Positions 23,398 through 38,091 of a stretch of DNA of 64,000 nucleotides are shown piece by piece. Within the stretch, counting starts at the first letter, position 1; the number at the start of each line of letters is the position of its first letter. The stretch spans positions 129,208,001-129,272,000 of the forward strand of contig NC_042998.1 in NCBI RefSeq assembly GCF_006345805.1, written 5' to 3'. Made by a program: the position numbers and the translations under genes. Below the pieces are notes generated by a model. The model searched no databases. It saw only the letters and a list, made by a program, of their open reading frames with translations, and was not told the DNA's origin. Origin of the DNA: Octopus sinensis. Lineage: Eukaryota.

Positions 23398-23905
23398 ATA
23401 CTTTGATAGGTTTCGGCCATTATTGGCCCAGGCCATGTCTAACTTAATAGCACCACCTGGTGAAGTCTTTCAAGTCAGTATTTGGGCACTATGGCCCACT
23501 CAAGTAGAGAGTTATTGTTTACAGAGACATATCCGGTGTTGTAGGAGTTTATTCGGGATTTCTGAAGGAATCTGTCCAAAGACTTCTTGAACCCTATAGG
23601 GTCTGTTTCTGTTTAATGTGTTTTGGTGTAATGTTAATTGAGGTGAAATAATTGTGCCGCATTGTTGTTATGAGATGAGAGTGCGATTTTTGTTGTGGGC
23701 GGATGGCACGGGGCCCAAGCCTTGGATGTACCTTAAAGGTGATGCCAACATCATTTGGGCAATGCTGATGGAATATTTTCCACATCATGCAGATGATGTA
23801 GCGCTCACGGCGACGTTGGAGAGAATGAAGTTTTAGCTTTTCTAGTCGACCCCAATAGTCGAGGCCTGTCATGCCTTCTATCTTTTTTGTGATTAACCTT
23901 TGATA
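23398..23905 (-). pseudogene. 3' fragment of a CR1/L2-like LINE
   Basis: ORF 23594..23872 reads DYWGRLEKLKLHSLQRRRERYIICMMWKI; 3' end CATGGCCTGGGCCAATAATGGCCGAAAC plus (TATCAAAG)n. Same family as 45008..45570. Confidence 0.85.
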
Positions 23906-24606
23906 TACTTAATTTTGTTTTATCTTAAGACGGTCATTATTCCAATAATAAACACGCACCGTTTCAGTTTTATTTCTGTATCATTTAGCAATTGGCTAAA
24001 TATTTAACGAATTAACAAATCGATTGCTAGATTAATTATTCGGTTAAACAACCAATCAAATATGTCTGTCAATCCTTTCGTCGTTATTCGCAACATCTTC
24101 AATGACGTGTTCTCTCTACTTCAGGTCAGCTTTAGAGCTCAGGCAAAACTCCTGAGATACACCAAAATCCCTTTCAACACACGAGTTTATAAGTAGAATT
24201 TTGCAGACAAGAAAAAACAACAACTAAATAGTATACTTAAATTTTTACATATTCACACATCGATCATTTACATATATACACTTTGTTCACAAGTGCAACT
24301 ATTTCATCTACAAATCTATGTACATTTTCTAAATTTTTGCATCCGGCTTTTATGGCTCAGTTAATAAAATACTATTTCTTTCAATGTATTTACCATCGAG
24401 TATTAGCGTATATTTATAACAATTTCTTCGATGGGACAAATTCGAATATAGTCTGTGAATATTAGTAAGGGAGATCAAATGACCGTCTCCCTATTCTAAA
24501 TGCAATACTTCATTATGTGAAATGAAGTACTTTGCTCAAAATGTGAAATTAATAGTACTTTGCTCAAAAACGCATCGCAACGACGTATATACATACATAC
24601 ATACAC

Positions 24607-24672
<66 letters not shown>

Positions 24673-24673
<1 letters not shown>

Positions 24674-24973
24674 CACCGTGACCGACCAGGCTATCAGATG
24701 TCGCTACACATCGCTGGTCACAATGCGCTTCGCATTGTTTTAGCCTTCAAATGACGCCACCTCGCTGGCTAAGCGAGCAGGCCAACAGAAGAAAGAGTGA
24801 GAGAAAGTTGTGGCGAAAGAGTACAGCAGGGATCGCCACCAAACCCTGACGGAGCCGCGTGGAGCTTTAAGTGCTTTCGCTCAATAAATACTCGCAACGC
24901 CCGGTCTGGGAATCGAAACCGCGATCCTGCAACTGCGAGTCCGCAACCCTAACCACTGGGCCATTGCGCCTCC
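24673..24973 (-). mobile_element. tRNA(Arg)-like SINE group 3 with an alternative 3' module
   Basis: Head TGGAGGCGCAATGGCCCAGTGGTTAGGG...GGTTTCGATTCCCAGACC is shared with 58636 and 61324, but the tail differs. Confidence 0.85.
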
Positions 24974-25035
24974 ACACACACACATATATATGTATATATA
25001 TAAGGGACCAGTGAAAATAAGGGTCATTACATATA

Positions 25036-25115
25036 CAGTAATCCATCGAATATCGCAGGTGTTACGTTGCAAAACCCCCGCGATAGGTGAACCGAAATAT
25101 GGTGAAGGATTACTG
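25036..25115. mobile_element. 80-bp pogo/Tigger-type MITE
   Basis: TA|CAGTAATCCATC ... GAAGGATTACTG|TA: TIRs with a TA TSD. Confidence 0.65.
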
Positions 25116-25815
25116 TAATTCCTTTAATATAGCAAATTCGGCTTACAACTCTTTCCAGTAGTCATTATAAATAAGTTTATTCAATTAGTCTATTGACCAA
25201 GTGAGGTAAATTGAAAGACCTAAAAAAATTAATGCTACCTTATCAGAGCCATTGGTGGAACTAACAAACGGAGCACTTGGAAAATGGTTATTGCAAGGGG
25301 AGAGCGGGGAAAGATTTGGATGTTTAAGTAGAAAAGGTAAAGACAAGTTACAATAGGGTGGTAGCAACTGAGAGAGCAGTACTTAGTAGCTGTAGCGGTA
25401 GTCGTATGAGTAGTAGTATTAGTAGATGTCGTAGTCGGAAATATGTATCGTCAAATTTAGGAGAGGAACAGTCACAAACATAGGTCAACAACATTATCAT
25501 AACCACATTGTGTATATATATATATATATATATATGGGTATATGGATATATTCTTTATTTACGTATTAGGGCTACCATTGGTTTCACGTTAGGAAAATTT
25601 GGAAAATATCCTACTGTCTTAACATTTTTGCAAGTCAATCATGTTGAGAAACGTGATTGGCCTGAAAAGTTGTTAAGACACTAGGATATTTTCCTACTTT
25701 TCTCTAACACGAAACCAATGGTTGTTTTAGTTCACAAATAAAGAAATTATATCCACCCTTGCGGTGTTGAGCACTCATTTTCAGCGTTCGATATTTACGT
25801 ATGATATATATATAT

Positions 25816-25903
<88 letters not shown>

Positions 25904-26511
25904 ATACACATACATACATACATATATATATATAAACTTAAACTTGGTACGACTCTATAACACTGTCTCTCTCCCCCCTCTCTTACATTTCTCTGCCTTT
26001 CACACTTTGCACTCCACTTTGATCTGTCCCTCTTTTCCTCTCTCTTCTCCACACACGTGACTGACTGACAGATTGCCGGCCTTTCGTGCTTAGCAGTCGT
26101 CGCGACAAGACACATTTTTTTCTCTCTCTGCCCTAAGGCATTTTTCTAACACGCCAGCTCAAAGTTTACTCGCCCTGTCGAAAGACGCCTGTCTGTGACG
26201 TCTTGTTTTTGTTATTATTATCATTATTGTTTTTACGTATTTTTGTATTCTTATTCGTGTAACATCGTCCGTTTTTCCGTCCTTGTTTTGTATACATTCG
26301 AGGCTTTCTTCCAAGGAATCTAATGCGCTTGGCTTAGATTTTCCTTTGGGGCTGGCCAGATCGGAGCAATCTCAAGATTAATCAGCCGAAATTGCGAGGA
26401 TGATCCGATTCTTGACTGAAGATTGAAGTCCGTGTTTTTTGTATCGTCTTCTATATGTTTTGCATTCTTGTCCCAGTTTGTATTTTTTTACATATACATA
26501 TACATATACAT

Positions 26512-26542
<31 letters not shown>

Positions 26543-26555
26543 ATATATATATACT

Positions 26556-27328
26556 CACAGAGGTTGCGACGGGTAAATTGTTGTCATTTTATATTTTTAA
26601 TTTCACGCATTCACATTGTTTGTTTTTGATTTTATCCATTACAAAGTATAGTAGGCTCAGTTGGGCACCGTCTATGAGAAAAACAGTAGCATGAAGCAAT
26701 TCACTCTGCCAAAATGTTGGGAACGACATATTGTACTGCTTGGCATTCGCGACAGAAGCTCCAATACGGATATTTCGGAGTGTTTGGGTGTTAATCTGAG
26801 GACAGTGCAGAGTACCGAGAGTGACAAAAATCAAATATTCAGTCAACATCATGGTGTTTGGAGGGATGACTTGTGATGGTGACGTTATGTCTTCATTAAT
26901 CTTCTCACGCGGTCTCAGACTCAACTCAGAAGCCTAGAGGAGGTAGTGCTAACCTGGGTCAAGAGGGTGGCTGATGAAAAACCCTATGTCTAGCAACAGG
27001 ACTTTGCACCATGCCACACAAACAGGAGAACCAAGTCATGCTGTCAGACAATTTCTGCGACCGCATCATCTCTAACATTTGACTACCTAACTCCCCAAAC
27101 TGCATCATCGTTGATTATATATGGGGAACAGTTAAGCGAGAGCTCAACAAAACTCCTTGTAACATCAAAGATGAACAGAAGGCAAAGATTATGGAAGCAT
27201 TCAACAACTTAAAGAAGGAAACCGTCCAGAAGAGCTGCTGTAATTTTGGTAAATATATCTTAAAATGAGATGTCAATGTTACTTTCATTTTTACGTAATT
27301 TAGATGACAATTTATTTACCACACCCCG
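26556..27328 (+). mobile_element. Decayed, internally deleted Tc1/mariner element of maT (DD37D)-like type
   Basis: Frames give IMVFGGMTCDGDVMSSLIFSRGLRLNSEA, QQDFAPCHTNRRT, LPNSPNC..DY..WGTVKRE and KARIM.AF; weak TIRs end in CACCCCG|TA. Confidence 0.7.
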
Positions 27329-27329
27329 T

Positions 27330-27376
<47 letters not shown>

Positions 27377-27442
27377 GGTATATGTATGTATGTATATATA
27401 TATGTATATATATGTATATATGTGTATATCTATCTATCTATC

Positions 27443-27491
<49 letters not shown>

Positions 27492-27684
27492 TATATATAT
27501 ATTATATATATATATGTATATATATATAAATATATAATATATTATATATATATATATATATACGCACACACTATCACACACACACACACAAGTATATAGT
27601 TCAAATTAATAATAAAGCAAAAGACGAAGACAGGTGTGGGAAGAACAAGCAACTGTATTAGTTTGACGTTCGGGAAATGGTAGT

Positions 27685-27720
27685 CTTTTATGTTTAGAGC
27701 CTACGCTCTTCGACAGAAAG
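27685..27720 (-). ncRNA. Decayed hammerhead motif, family A
   Basis: CTTT-CTGTCGA-A-GAGC(GTAG)GCTC-TAAACATA-AAAG; G12 and stem III are mutated. Confidence 0.5.
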
Positions 27721-28098
27721 AAATAATCGGAAATAGAGAAGGAAAAAATGTGTAGGGTTCAGCGGTCCAATATGCCGAATACATATATATTTTTATGTAT
27801 GTATGTATTTATTTATTTATGTGTGTGTATGTATGTGTGTGCACTTGCATGTATACAATCGATTACACATGAGCACATATCCATATATTTGCCCTATGGG
27901 ATCCATTCATATTTATTCACATATACATAGCTTAATGCACATGTACACCCTGATACATATATACCTTCTCCCATGTCCACACACATAAATATGCAGCCTC
28001 TCTCTATACACACATCTCTGTCTGTCTCTCGGTCTGTCTTGCTGTCTGTCTATCGGTTAATAGTACTCTCTCTCTCTCGCTCACTTTCTCTCTCTTTC

Positions 28099-28130
<32 letters not shown>

Positions 28131-28342
28131 TATGATATGCGTATGCATATACATTTATAGGAATATATTTACGTAATACATACATGTTAATATATATGTG
28201 TGTGTGTATGAATTTGTATGTGTGTGTTTGCAAAAGCTGAAATAACTGTATATGTGTCCATTTGTAAGCGAGTATACATTCGCTTACAAATGGACACATG
28301 AATGCGTTTTCAAACTGAAACACGTACATATTTATCCACACG

Positions 28343-28383
<41 letters not shown>

Positions 28384-28786
28384 AAACATACACATAGCTT
28401 CGTTACACACTTACTCATACATAAACAAATGGACACCATGTACCTCATATTCTCCACAACAATATATATTTATGAAAAAAATAAAAGAAAAAGGTATTGT
28501 ATTGTATGTTGTATTTCGAAAGAAAAAAAGAAAAGAAAGAATTAAAATATACATATTAAAAGAAGAAAATCAGGCAAAATTAGACACTTAAAATAACGGA
28601 ATTTTTCCACGTATAAAATAGAACAAATACGCAACCAAGGAAGTATAGAACACAAAAATAAATAAAGGAATAAATAAGTAAATAAATAAATAACAGTGTA
28701 TAGATAAATAAACAAACAATATATGTATATATACACACATAGCGATATATATATATATATATAATATATATAATATATATATATTA

Positions 28787-28824
<38 letters not shown>

Positions 28825-31800
28825 ACATTATAAAATAAATGTAAAAATATATGCTGGAGATCAGTAAACAGATATATAACTTGATATATAGAAGTAAATG
28901 AAATAATTTTCCAAACTTAACGGAAACAATAACATTTAAAATATTTCATTAAAAAATTATAGTAATAACAACAACAGCAACAGCAGTTGTGATCAATAAT
29001 GGTTCAATAAATAGTAGCAGGACCTGTTTCCTACAGCAGGGAAATTCTTCTGCATGAAAGTAAGTTAAACTTGAGAATCCTTATTCGTTTCATTATTGTG
29101 GCCTACTTAAATAACAGATTACATTCCTATGTACAACAGCAACAACAACGACAACTGCCATTACTGGTAGCTGTTGTTGTTGTTGTAAGTGCTTTGCCCT
29201 ACATCATCTCTGATCGGGAAAACGAATGATGAAATGTGCTCCAGTCGTGATTATCCTGTCTGATTTAGGTATAATGTGATTTGGTATCAAATCGTTGTGA
29301 CTCGGGAGGGATCCCGTAGAAACCTCATCTTTGGAACATGCATTTGTATATAGTAGCAATATATCTGCTCAATACGTGAAACAAGTTTGATTTGATAAAC
29401 TCACCAATATTTTAAAATGATGTTCCCATGAAAAGAAAAAGGTGTAGTGAACTCCGTAGTTCCACGAACTACTCAATTTCAATATACTTGTTATTGTCGT
29501 TATTGCTTCTCATTAAATGGTTAGAATCAGATGTGGTTGTCCAATGTTAGACCCCGAATTCTAGGACAGCAAATCTCACTATTAAAACGGGATCAACACC
29601 TTAAGAATTTTGGGAGAGGGATTGGCCGATCAGCTATTTCAGTATTGAAGCAAAACAGACCGTATTTAATCCACGAAACTATCACCCCCTCCTCTTCCTC
29701 AACCCTCAGTTCCCTCCGACTAATACTCTTACCTGTTCTCATACTCCTATCTTTCCTCATAACCTTTTCTTATCCATCATCATCATTGTCGTCATCTTTG
29801 ACGTCGTCGTGATCACCACCACCACCACCACCACCAAGGCAAGAAAGAAGTCGACTCACATTTGATTTAAAAAAACAACCACAAAAAAAACAGAAGGGAT
29901 TTACGTATGCCTTAGGAATAAGGGTTGGGTAAATTTCTGGCAGATGTGTAGCAAGATGTGCACTCTAGACCGAAGCACGTATAATGGAAGCGTGAGTCTA
30001 ACTGTTCGGACTGAGAATGAAGCCAGTAGTACATGGATCTGAAGGCCTGGATGAGGGCACATCATGCTAGGTACATCACGCTACATCATTAGTTACAAGA
30101 TACGAATCACTGAACTCACGGCTCATAGGCACTTACATAATCGAATCAAACACTCAGATCCTGTAGTACGGGTTATTTTTTAAAATTTGAATGTAAGTAA
30201 CCTGATTTTCTGATTCAGCAACAAAACAAACAACAATTGAGTATTCGTACATTATATGTTACGAACTTCGTAAAATAAGATAAATTCATGCATCATGAAA
30301 ATATATGAGTACTGATGTTTGTTTCAAGAACTTTACTAGAAACATAAGATCCCACCTCATATTGCCACAGCACAGAAACCTAACATGGTTTACGAATGTT
30401 ATTAATTGCCAAATTTGAGCCACACCAGCTTCCTCACATTTTAGTTTTATCGTACTTAGTATTTAACAATACCTGATTTACTTCGATTTCTGTTTAGATG
30501 TATTACCTGTTATCCTGAAACATGAAATTTCTGCCGATGAGTAATCGCAAGGATTTGTTCTTATCTTAAATAGAGTTTAGCTGGAAATCTTTGTTTTTAA
30601 CAAGTCAAGCATGTTTAGAAATATATAATGTAATAACTCATGTACCTTTTCTTACTAATTTTCTTATTCAATTTTCGACCGTTTCCGGTTACGTGACCCA
30701 ATGTTACTGATGTTGACCACTTACCCGCAACATTTTAAAAATTGTAATTTTTACAATAAGTTTGAATTCTTTCTGTGCAGATTATTTCAAACGTAATCAT
30801 CCTTTATTTTTGAAATAATATGGCTGCGTTACTTAGAAGCTTAGTAACTGCTTTAAGATGCATAGGGTTAAAAGCACTGAATAGCATGCCAATAAATACA
30901 TTGCTAATATAAATCTTGACAAAATACACGGGCTTTGCTTATGTGTTACATATACTGACAAACTGTACAGTGAGGCAAATTAATGAGGTGGAGGAGGTCA
31001 TGCCAGTACAACTTTAAGAGAAATTCCCGAAAGAAATTTAAGCATATTACCCAGTATTTGCCGTCATTGTTTTAAATGATAAGTCATATAACTATATCAA
31101 ATGTAAAATTATTTTCTGTACTTTTCCTTTGGCGTGCTGCGACATAATGTAAAACAGTACAGAAAAAAACGACACTTTTAGTTTACACCATTGTTTTATA
31201 ACAATGTTTTATAACTCTGTTTCATTTGATCTCTTGTATCATTACTGGCGACCAATCTCCCAAGGGAAATCACCCTTGTAGAAACATCAAAATATTAAAT
31301 ATCTGCTTAAGCATTATATAGTAATTAAGGTGACTAAGTTAGCTTTTTGTGATATCTGAAGTTACATTTCTCACACTCATAGATATTGTACAGAATATTA
31401 ATCTTTTAATTCGTCTCGTATAAACTTTTAGAATCAGACTAACTTGTAATCTTGTTTTTGTTTTTTATGAGCACTTTAAACTGGTAATTCTTAATGCTGT
31501 CGAAACTTTAATATGTAACGAAGAGTGTTTAAAGTTAGAACTGTTTACCAAAATTTGTTTTCATTAAAGAATATGTGTAAATAGTATATAAGTTAATAAT
31601 TTGGTGCCAGACTATTCCCGTACAGAAGTTAGAGTTCCAGAAATGAAACATGCAGGGCTAAATGGTTTGCAGTATTTAGATTTATTCATCGAGATCATAG
31701 TTTCATATTTCTCTATAAATTTCACAAATCTTTATTCATTCATAAATTGGGTTCATTCTCAAAATATTGTGGCCATATGCCAATGGTTGTAGCCAAATAC

Positions 31801-32281
31801 CAATGTCTAAATACAACGACTCAATGTTTGGTTTAATTAGCAATTCAAGAAAGATCATCGTCGACGTGGTTGTGGTCGTCGCCATAATGTAAATCCCTTT
31901 TGTTAGTTGATCAGTAATTCCGAAACATCGCTGCTCCTCTTGGCTTACTTTAATGACGCAGAGAAACGCAAATCTATGAATGGAGTACGACATTATCATT
32001 GTCATATATTTTGTATGCGAAGAATTAATGAGATACTTTTACACTAATTGTATACTGATTGTCATAAGAGATTCGGTGGAGCAACAGCGGAAAAGAAATA
32101 CACACATGAATATAAATAATAAAAAAGACAGAAAGAAAAAAGAAAACGTTTGATTTGAGACAAAAATAATGAAGAGAAATAATCAGCATGATGAAAAAAT
32201 GTATATCACCTCATCACTAATTGGATTATAAAAAAACATCAATGACAACACTGATAAAATACAAACGAACACACTCGCATA

Positions 32282-32325
<44 letters not shown>

Positions 32326-32564
32326 ATACATATGTAGGCATGATATGATTATGCGTATTTAATTTTGCGTTTGTATATTTATATACGCATACACATGTTG
32401 ATATACATGATATATGTACATACATACATACATTATACATAATATATATACATAAGTATACACAGATATATATATATATAACATATACATACATATATAT
32501 ATATTATATATATAATATATATTATATATATATGTATATGTATATCTATATCTATATCTATATT

Positions 32565-32611
<47 letters not shown>

Positions 32612-32902
32612 CCAAACGTTTCTCTTTTTGACAAGTGTGGTGAAAAGAATATTCAATGTATGATGTGGAGTGTATAGTTTGCTTAAATCTAAACTACAGT
32701 TTCATTTACAGTGATTGTCACACACACATACACGTGTGCGTGTGCTTGTATATGGCTGTATGTAAGTATGCGTGTGTACATAAGCATGAATATATATACA
32801 CGCACACACATACATGCATACACGTGCGCGCCGCACACACACATGTATATATACATACATATATGTATATATGTTTGTATATGTAATGTATATGTATATG
32901 TA

Positions 32903-32955
<53 letters not shown>

Positions 32956-33128
32956 TCAATATAGGGTGGCAAAAAATTTCGTAGAATTTTTTTGCCACCA
33001 GCAAATGTTTTTTTAATTTTCTCCTGGTTTGCGGATTAATGTTGTTTGCGGTTGAAGCTTTGGCTGTTATTTCTAGTGGGTGATGGCCTATTATGGCCAT
33101 TCCTTGATTTGCTGTAAAAAAATATGTA

Positions 33129-33162
<34 letters not shown>

Positions 33163-33614
33163 ATATATATATATCTATATCTATATATGCATACACACAT
33201 ACATACCCGAATATGCTCAAACATATTTGTGAGAAAGTGAGAGTCTACAAAGAAATTGTCGTAAGAAATATGTACATTCGATTGATCTCCGATTATATGT
33301 AGAGATTAGAAGATGATACAAAGTTCTTTTCCGTCAAAATATTAATCTTAATATTGAATGAAAGAATCACGGTTGTTTTTAAATATTTTCGCTAAAAATA
33401 CTAGTAATACAGAGTCGTACTATCGTAGGAAATCAGGTGGATGGATGATAGATAATAGACAGAGAGAAAATCATATAATCATAATCATAGAAACAGGAGT
33501 AACAATGCATTCCCCCGAATTATTGCACAAGTTTCACAACACATATATGAACATATGTCACGTAGTAATATAAAAGTAATATATTCCCGATTACACAACT
33601 GACGTAGCTAAGTA

Positions 33615-34511
33615 CGAGGTGCTATCTAAACGTTCCCGGACTAGTTCTGTAGCGTGTCAACAGATGGCAGTACACGGTTGCGTGTGCAATGAGAGTTAGC
33701 AGTGACCTTTAGGATGCAGTGTGCCGAGTGACATCGCTGTTTTTATTCCGCAAGTTGAGAAATTTGTGATTTTGTGATCACGTGTATGCTTTAGTTTGCG
33801 AGTTTGTCATGGACAAGAAGTTGGAACACAGAATCAACGCAAAATTTTGTGTTAAACTTGGAACATCTGCCACATAGACATTGAACAAGCTTTGGCAAGC
33901 TTACGGCAACAGGGAAATGAGTCGTACGCAACACTTCGAGTGGCACGGGCGCTCCAGAAGCAAAAGAACGTCCCTGGAGGGCAATGAGTGATCTGGAAGA
34001 CCTGTCAAGAGCGTCATCCTCGGAAATGTGGTATTGTTCATTGAGAGTTCGTCTCCCAGGACCAGACCGTCAATCGAGAGTTTACTACCACGTTTTCAAG
34101 TGTTTGAGGGAGGACATTCGATGAAAGTGACCGGGTCTGTGGGGCGCGAAGAATTGTATTCTTCATGGTATCGCTTCTGTACCCGCAACATGGTATCGCT
34201 TCTGTACCCGCCCTATTCGCAACATGGTATCGCTTCTGTACCCGCCCTATTCGCCAGATTTAGAACCTACAGTCTTCCTCAAGATGAAAAGGCAGCTCAA
34301 AAGTCACCATTTTAATACCGTTGTCGCGACCCAAAGCGAAACGCATAAGATTCTCGACTCGCTTACGGTAAACGAGTTCCAGGCCGGATTCCATAAGTGG
34401 TGTATTGCTGTACAAGGTGACCATTTCGAATGAAATTGTATTAAAATTTAGGTAAATAAGTTATTTTTTTATTAAACATAACTCGTTCTGGGACTTTTTG
34501 ATGCCACATCG
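33615..34511 (+). mobile_element. Internally deleted mariner with both TIRs and a TA TSD
   Basis: TA|CGAGGTGCTATCTAAACGTTCCCGGACTAG ... CTGGGACTTTTTGATGCCACATCG|TA; ORF 34224..34433 contains PPYSPDLEP..LKMKRQLK; small internal tandem duplication at 34185..34255. Confidence 0.9.
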
Positions 34512-34859
34512 TAGATAACTATTAGAGACCGTTTCAAAACTGCCAAATTACAGTCAATAGAGATAAAACTCACCATAAAGCAACTAAGATTATATAGAGA
34601 GTAAAGAATATAAATGAAAGAAAATGTGGAAAATACGCAATCGTTTGTAGTCCAGATAGAGCACAAAACAGTTAGAAAAAAGTTATGGAATGTAATTATT
34701 CGCATCGACAATTATAACGATTACTAGACCACTTAAAATGCTGTAGACGCTCCATACTACCACTCACACCACAATAACACACATTTATTAAACATTTTTT
34801 GAACACCCCTTTGAAGTTTTGGTACAAGGTCAGAATTTATTACAATAAAAGTTAAAAGC

Positions 34860-35090
34860 GGCCATCATATCCTTTCTACTATAGGCATAAGACTTTAAAT
34901 TTGTTGGGAAGAGGCCAGTCAGTTAGATCGACCCCAGTACGCAACTGATATTTAATTCATCGACCTCGAAAGGATGAAAGACAAAGTCGACCTTGGCGGA
35001 ATTTGAACTCAGAAAATTCTGTAAAGACAGACGAAATACCGCTAAGCATTTCGCCTGGCCTATCAACGATTCTACTAGCTCGCCGCCTTG
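34860..35090 (-). mobile_element. SINE group 2 with a target-site duplication
   Basis: Homologous to 36263..36497; flanked by GCGGCCATCATATC at ~34858 and ~35096. Confidence 0.85.
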
Positions 35091-36262
35091 TAAAGGCGGC
35101 CATCATATCAACAACATTGACATCGAGACTACAAGAAGCTTTTATGCAGTCGCTTGATCTGCTACGAATTAAAGGTAAATGTTTCTTTAGATCATCCTAC
35201 TACCTTGAAAAAGAAAGAGGACATTTGATATGGTCGTAAAAAGACAAAGTTTTAAATATGATTATGTGTCTCCTCTAAGGGCTGATCTAGAGTTCACAGA
35301 GAAGGACACGATAAGAGGAACTCATATAACGTACACAAATATTATGCCCTTAAGCTCTTCACATGGTTAAAATTTATAATCATCAAAAGTAAAATTCTCA
35401 AAAGCACACTTTGTCAATAAAAACATCATTCCTGTGAAATGAATGCTTTTGATCCTCTACGAATTACATCAGGCCTATTTGGGTTCCAATCTCTCCACAA
35501 TTTTTACAACGAGCAACAAAATTTAACGGTGCATTAGTTATAATTGCAAAATACAGAGACTACTCACAAAGTTTAATTCTTTAACCTAAAAGGCCATCCG
35601 TTTAAAAATCCAAGAGACACAATTTGTTGTTGCACAAGGTCAAATCCTCATTGTTCTGTCCCCTTCAGACAAAACCAGCGCTAAGCATCGACACACAACT
35701 TCACTCCCAACAAAACTATTGTGTACTTTTCATCCTTAAGTCACATAGACATAGTAGTGCCATAAATATCTAATAACACTGTCTTAGAATGTGAACCACC
35801 AATGATAAGTGCAAAAAAAACAGTAGCTGTTGCCTTACAGTTGAGTCTATCTTGCCGACATTTGCTGTGGTCGACGCCAAATTTTCCAGCATAAAGGAAA
35901 ACCCGCAAACAACATAAACAAAAAAAAGAAACAACCCCAAATCAAAAGAAACTAAATGATCGAACTAAAACATTGAACTGAATGTACATTGGGTGATTAG
36001 GCTTGGGAAAAAAGACGATACAGTCCTGGCCGTAATGCCATTGAGCCTAGTTTTCTATTGATAGATAACTTGAGGCTATAGCACAACAATAACACTTAAC
36101 TTTATATAAGTCACTGAATGTTAGCACAGTCTGATGATTAATGTGACTAGAAGGCATTCACAATCTAGAATAAATCCATGGATCAGAGTCCTTCAAACAA
36201 CTACTTATATGCGCTGTATCTGATCGCGGTCTAAATAATGAAAGTAACATTATAATGCAGAT

Positions 36263-36497
36263 CAAAGGCGGCGAACTGGCAGAATCGTTAGCACGCCGGG
36301 CGAAGTGCTAAGAGGTATTTCGTGTGCCGCTACGTTCTGAGTTCAAATTCCCGAGAGGTCGACTTTGCCTTTCGTCCTTTTGGGGTCGATTAAATAAGTA
36401 CCAGTTACGCACTGGGGTCGATATAATCGACTTAATCCCTTTGACTCTCCTTGTTTTTCCTCTCTATGTTTAGACCCTGTGGGCAATAAAGAAATAA
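36263..36497 (+). mobile_element. SINE group 2, full length, 14-bp TSD
   Basis: TSD ATTATAATGCAGAT at 36249..36262 and 36498..36511; A-box and B-box present. Confidence 0.9.
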
Positions 36498-36511
36498 ATT
36501 ATAATGCAGAT

Positions 36512-37117
36512 GAAGTTTCAGAGCTTGGCGACGAAAACAGTGAAGTTGGTGGATAAGAGTCTGATGCTTTGAGGATACATAAAATGTGATGGTTCAAAAA
36601 TCTTGGTTAAAATTGACGGTAACTTGAATAATGCCAAAAACGTCCAGTTGCTAAAGGACAATTTGATACCAGACTTGGATGAAGGTGCGATTTTTCATCA
36701 TGACGGAGCTCCATGCCACAGGTCGCGTGCAACACAACAGAGTCTGGCTGATGAAGGTGCTATCGTATTAGAAGATTGGTCAGCTCAGAGCTCTGACTTA
36801 AATGTCATCGAGCAAACGTGGACAGAACTAAAGGGAACAGGTCGTCAGAAGAATCCACGCAATCTTGAAGAGTTGTGGGAGCTCAGCTACAGAGAACGGC
36901 ATCTCATACCTGTGAAAATGGTGAAGGATTTGTACGCACCTCTTCCCAGGCTCATTGAAGCAATTATTCAAGCTAAGGGAGGCTACACGAAATATTAACA
37001 ATGTACAGCAACTTCTTGACATGCATATGTAATAAATTTTCATTATAGACATTTTTCTGTTTTAAAACACTGTACCTTGATTGGTTTATGTGAGGTGTCC
37101 GAAAACTTTTGCACGGC
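36512..37117 (+). mobile_element. 3' half of a Tc1-family transposon (catalytic D...E region and right TIR)
   Basis: ORF 36603..36998 reads FHHDGAPCHRSR...EDWSAQSSDLNVIEQTW...AIIQAKGGYTKY*; TIR GGTGTCCGAAAACTTTTGCACGG. Confidence 0.9.
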
Positions 37118-38059
37118 GATTTTTGGTGATCGTCTCGCGTCTTCCCCGCTCATTCAGAACTCCTACTACAAAATATAATGATTAAATATGGAAATGACTC
37201 CAACAGGGCCAATGATTCATCTGTAAAAAACACAATGCTAAACATCCACTTATAAGTGGGCAATTAGTAGAAATTTACAATAGTTCAAAGTTCCCAGAGA
37301 CTTTTGCTCGGTACTGTATGACTGGTAACTGTGATATTCCATTGTAATAAACAAGACAACTTCTGTGCTTATATGCATTTTAAAAATCAAGTTATAATAC
37401 CGTGTTGAATTAAGTAAAGACTGATCGTCATTTGAGAACACAGAATATTAAAAGTAATTTTCCTGCGATCTATGACTGAAATTCCATTTCGAATCCAATT
37501 TACTGCCAATTCGTTCCATTTAGATCGCTAACATCCTTTACAAAGGCATGAATGTTCTACCATGTAATTTTCCTATTCCTCATACTACTAACCTAATATG
37601 TTAAGCTTATGTAATAAATCACAATTTCCTAATCTTAACACGAAACTTGCAAGACAGAAAAATTGCTCATTGTTACATTTTCACTTCGATTCTGATATGA
37701 ATGGAAGATTTTATCGAATTCGTGTGGCAATGATGTTCCCAGTGCAAGGCACGTTGAACGAAACAGAAACTATTGATAAAAGATACTAAATAAACATGTC
37801 AGCGATTATAACGTTGGAGGCTGCTGAATAAGCATGGAGAAGTGGCGCAAGGCAGCATCAGTTGAGCAGCGATATAAGTGGACATTAGCGGGAATGCTTC
37901 TAGCATTTCTATTGTTAAAATTAGATTCCTTGTGTCTCAAAAGAACAGTTAAAGCGTGTGTGATATTTTCTTTAAATTTGCAGATTTTTTCCTTCCGTCC
38001 ACTCCCGCTAACAAATTCTGTATACACATCTGCATGAATTTCGGGCGAAATGCGTTATT

Positions 38060-38091
<32 letters not shown>

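Noticed and set aside
26395-26440. CTGAAGA in a pLTR-like cassette; similarly CTGATGAAGGG at ~18815..18830(-) and AAGGGAGATAA..GAAACGATT at ~17395..17435(-)
   Set aside because: Each lacks one half of the catalytic core, so at most they are deleted relics; not counted as ribozymes.
32965-32999. Short hairpin GGTGGCAAAAAA...TTTTTTGCCACC after (TA)n
   Set aside because: Probably a collapsed MITE or TIR remnant; too short to support any class or function.
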